A stretch of 64,000 nucleotides of DNA from a bacterium (GTDB taxonomy: Bacteria > UBA8248), in NCBI GenBank assembly GCA_965204535.1, contig OZ241996.1, positions 1,280,001-1,344,000 of the forward strand. Direction: 5' to 3'. Below, in pieces: positions 60,774 through 64,000 of this stretch; position 1 is the first letter of the stretch; every line of letters starts with the position of its first letter. The position numbers were made by a program, and so were the translations under genes. The notes under the pieces were generated by a model that worked only from the letters and a program-made list of their open reading frames with translations, did no database searches and had not been told where the DNA came from.

Positions 60774-63425
60774 GTGATGACGGAGAAGATGATTTATTCC
60801 TTTGGGGCCGGGCGAACCGACGGCAGCGCCGATATGCGTAATCTGCTGGGTGGCAAGGGCGCGAATCTGGCGGAGATGGCGAGTCTGGACATACCTGTGC
60901 CGCCGGGCTTTACCATCACCACGCAGGTTTGCGTCGATTACCTGAAAGAAAAGGCGTTACCCGGGGGCCTCTGGGAGGGCGTGAAGGAGCAGATGGCGCG
61001 TCTCGAAGAGGCGATGGGGGCGCAATTCGGCGGCGATGAGAATCCGCTTTTGGTGAGCGTGCGCTCGGGCGCGCGCGATTCGATGCCGGGCATGATGGAT
61101 ACCGTCCTGAATCTCGGGATGAACGACAAGACGGTCGCCGCCCTCGAGAAAAAATCGGGCAACCGGCGCTTCGCATACGACAGCTATCGCAGGTTCATCA
61201 ACATGTTCGGCAACGTGGTTCTCGAAATGGAGCACCACGACTTCGAATCGAAGATCGAGGCCATGAAACAGCGCAAGGGCGCGGAATCCGACCTGGAGTT
61301 GACGGCGGACGACCTGGTCGAACTGGTGACTGAATACGCCGTCCTTGTCGAAGAAAAAACGGGTGCGAGTTTCCCCCAGGATCCTTACGAGCAACTCCGG
61401 CTGGCCATCGAGGCGGTGTTCAAATCCTGGAACAACGATCGCGCCTTCACCTACCGCAGGCTGTATCACATTCCCCATGACTGGGGCACCGCGGTGAACG
61501 TGCAGTGCATGGTGTACGGCAATATGGGGGAGGATTGCGGCACCGGGGTCGCTTTCTCGCGGAACCCCGCGACGGGCGAGGATGCCCTCTATGGCGAGAT
61601 TCTCTTCAACGCGCAGGGCGAAGACGTGGTGGCCGGCATCAGGACGCCCGAACCCATCGAAAGCCTCAAGGCGAAGATGCCCGAATGTTACGCCGAGTTT
61701 GAAAGCATCACCGAGAAGCTCGAAGCGCATTACAAAGATATGCAGGACATGGAGTTCACGATTCAGAACGGGCGTCTTTTCATGCTCCAGACGAGAAACG
61801 GAAAGCGTACGGCGGCGGCGGCCGTGCGAATCGCCATCCAGTTGGTGAGGGAAGGCGTGATAGACAGGCGAACCGCTTTGAAAATGGTGGACCCCGACAG
61901 CCTGGATCAGTTGCTGCATCCGATGATCGACGCCGAGGGGGAATTGAAAGTAGTGGCCACGGGTCTGGCCGCGTCGCCCGGAGCCGCGGTAGGTCGAGTG
62001 GTCTTCACCGCGGCGGATGCGGTCGAGCGGGCCGAAGCGGGGGACCCCGTGATTCTGGTGCGCCAGGAGACGAGCCCCGAAGACATCAACGGGATGAACG
62101 TATCTCAGGGCATTCTCACGGCGCGGGGCGGACTCACCTCGCACGCGGCCGTCGTTGCGAGACAGATGGGGAAATGCTGCGTCACAGGGTGCAGCGCCCT
62201 GAACGTGAAGGCCGACGAGAAGGTGGTCCTCGTGAACGGCGAGACGGTGTCGGAAGGTGATCATATTTCCTTGAACGGTACTACCGGAGAGGTGATTCTG
62301 GGTGAGGCGAAGCTCAAGCAGCCCGAGCTTTCGGGGGATTTCGCCACCTTGATGGAATGGGCGGACGAGCTCCGAACTTTGGGAGTGCGCGCCAACGCCG
62401 ATACGGTGATGGACAGCGAGGCGGCCATCCAATTCGGCTGCGAGGGAATCGGCCTGTGCCGCACGGAGCACATGTTCTTCGAGGGAGAGCGCATCGACTA
62501 CGTGCGCGCGATGATTCTGGCGTCTACCGAGGAGGGGAGGCGGGATGCGCTTGATCACCTCCTGCCCATGCAGCGCGAGGATTTCGTCGGCATCTTCGAG
62601 GTGATGAAAGAAAGGCCTGTGACGATCAGGCTGCTGGATCCGCCGCTTCACGAGTTCTTGCCCAAAACGAAAGAAGACATGGAGCAGGTCGCCAGGCTGC
62701 TGGATGTGGACCTCGACGCGGTGCGCCATGCCACCGAGGCAACAGAAGAGCAGAATCCCATGCTGGGCCACCGGGGTTGTCGTCTGGTGGTCACCTATCC
62801 TGAAATCGCCGAAATGCAGGTGCGCGCCATCATCGAGGCGGCTTGTGAAATGAAATCGCGAGGCGTGGACGTGTTGCCTGAAATCATGATTCCTCTTACC
62901 TCGGGCATCGGGGAATGGGAGTTCAATCGCGACATCGTGCACGATATCGCCGGACAGGTGATCCAGGAAAAAGGCGTCACGCCCCGATATCTCACGGGCA
63001 CGATGATCGAAATTCCCAGGGCTTGCCTCCTGGCGGGAGAGATTGCCGACAGCGCGGAATTCTTCAGTTTCGGCACGAACGATCTAACGCAGCTGACCTA
63101 TGGTTTGAGCCGTGATGACGCGGGCTGGTTCCTGCCCAAATACATCGAAAAAGAGCTGATTCCCAGAGATCCGTTCGTGGCCGTCGATCGCGAGGGAGTG
63201 GGTGAGATGGTGCAAATCGGCATCGAGCGCGGCCGCGCGAGACGGGAGAATCTCGAGGTGGGCATCTGCGGGGAGCACGGCGGGGAACCCACCTCGGTCG
63301 AGTTTTGCCACATGATGAAAATGGATTACGTCTCTTGCGCGCCGTACCGGGCCCCGATCGCGAGGCTCGCCGCTGCCCAGGCGGCCATCACCCACGGCTC
63401 ATACCAGACTGTCGAAATCCATTGA
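60774..63425 (+). CDS. ppdK: Pyruvate, phosphate dikinase
   Basis: LGGKGANL, SMPGMMDT, GGLTSHAAVVAR, GTNDL and GICGEHGG motifs. Confidence 0.98.
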   Translation: MMTEKMIYSFGAGRTDGSADMRNLLGGKGANLAEMASLDIPVPPGFTITTQVCVDYLKEKALPGGLWEGVKEQMARLEEAMGAQFGGDENPLLVSVRSGARDSMPGMMDTVLNLGMNDKTVAALEKKSGNRRFAYDSYRRFINMFGNVVLEMEHHDFESKIEAMKQRKGAESDLELTADDLVELVTEYAVLVEEKTGASFPQDPYEQLRLAIEAVFKSWNNDRAFTYRRLYHIPHDWGTAVNVQCMVYGNMGEDCGTGVAFSRNPATGEDALYGEILFNAQGEDVVAGIRTPEPIESLKAKMPECYAEFESITEKLEAHYKDMQDMEFTIQNGRLFMLQTRNGKRTAAAAVRIAIQLVREGVIDRRTALKMVDPDSLDQLLHPMIDAEGELKVVATGLAASPGAAVGRVVFTAADAVERAEAGDPVILVRQETSPEDINGMNVSQGILTARGGLTSHAAVVARQMGKCCVTGCSALNVKADEKVVLVNGETVSEGDHISLNGTTGEVILGEAKLKQPELSGDFATLMEWADELRTLGVRANADTVMDSEAAIQFGCEGIGLCRTEHMFFEGERIDYVRAMILASTEEGRRDALDHLLPMQREDFVGIFEVMKERPVTIRLLDPPLHEFLPKTKEDMEQVARLLDVDLDAVRHATEATEEQNPMLGHRGCRLVVTYPEIAEMQVRAIIEAACEMKSRGVDVLPEIMIPLTSGIGEWEFNRDIVHDIAGQVIQEKGVTPRYLTGTMIEIPRACLLAGEIADSAEFFSFGTNDLTQLTYGLSRDDAGWFLPKYIEKELIPRDPFVAVDREGVGEMVQIGIERGRARRENLEVGICGEHGGEPTSVEFCHMMKMDYVSCAPYRAPIARLAAAQAAITHGSYQTVEIH

Positions 63426-63441
63426 GCGGGATTTCCCTTTG

Positions 63442-63999
63442 ATGGTTCACCTCTCCGCCGAGCGGAAAAACGAGTTGATGGGCCAGGCACTCTCTCTCGC
63501 GGGGCGCGCGGAGGGAATGACGAGCCCGAACCCGCTAGTCGGGGCCATTGTTCTTGACGCCGACGGAGAAATAGCGGGCCGGGGCTGGCACCAAAAGGCC
63601 GGGGAGCCGCACGCAGAAGTGCTGGCTCTTCAGGAAGCGGGTGTGCGTGCGCGAGGCGGTGTCTTGTTCGTCACGCTGGAGCCGTGTTCTCACCAGGGCA
63701 GAACGCCCCCTTGCGCGCCTGCTGTGGTGGAGGCGGGCGTCGCTCGCGTCATCGCCGCTGTTCTGGACCCGAATCCGCAAGTGCAGGGAAAGGGATTTGC
63801 GCACCTGCGCGCACATGGGGTCGGGGTAGAGACCGGTATAATGGCAGAGGAGGCGGTACGCCTGAATGAAGTATATTTTCACTGGTGGCGGCGTGGCCGG
63901 CCTTTTCTGACGCTTAAGGCCGCGGCGAGTCTGGACGGCAAAATCGCCACCCGGAGCGGGGAGAGCAGGTGGATAACGGGTGAGGCGGCGAGAGACGCG
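63442..63999 (+). CDS. ribD: Riboflavin biosynthesis protein RibD, 3'-truncated and absent from the ORF track
   Basis: Manual translation gives TSPNPLVGA, HAE, TLEPCSHQGRTPPC, LKAAASLDGKIAT and SRWIT. Confidence 0.95.
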   Translation, partial: MVHLSAERKNELMGQALSLAGRAEGMTSPNPLVGAIVLDADGEIAGRGWHQKAGEPHAEVLALQEAGVRARGGVLFVTLEPCSHQGRTPPCAPAVVEAGVARVIAAVLDPNPQVQGKGFAHLRAHGVGVETGIMAEEAVRLNEVYFHWWRRGRPFLTLKAAASLDGKIATRSGESRWITGEAARDA

Positions 64000-64000
64000 G

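Noticed and set aside
60957-62942. Long antisense ORFs such as the 661-aa frame opposite ppdK
   Set aside because: Shadow ORFs are expected from high-GC codon bias opposite well-supported genes

Overview
A 64 kb bacterial chromosomal segment, mostly GC-rich and of uncertain taxon; by inference, the gene orders resemble Nitrospinota/Desulfobacterota-like lineages. Core blocks: acoABC-like 2-oxoacid dehydrogenase; rimP-nusA-ylxR-infB-DUF503-rbfA-truB-rpsO-pnp; cobB-hisS; comEC; aspS-era-(rpsU)-recO-argS-SPOR-lipA-alaC-hom-apgM-like-lysC-glyQS-ppdK-ribD. Accessory genes include catabolic enzymes and a small defence patch (brnTA with a frameshifted toxin, a Dam-like methyltransferase, and a BstYI-like restriction-modification pair). 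Main observations: (1) two selenoproteins that the ORF track splits at in-frame TGA codons, an AhpD-like CxxU protein and a DsbA/FrnE-like protein with CxxUxxC, both followed by a SECIS-like hairpin whose GGnC loop starts exactly 22 nt after the UGA; (2) a smooth low-GC trough centred on the essential nusA-infB operon, bracketed about 18 kb apart by related repeat modules, partly in inverted orientation; (3) MITE-like shells with GGGxTGTTGAAAA ends that carry different REP families, two of which flank comEC; (4) an ApgM homologue and a ComEC nuclease domain with degenerate catalytic motifs. No rRNA, tRNA, CRISPR array or transposase was recognised. All family calls come from motif recognition by eye, not database searches.
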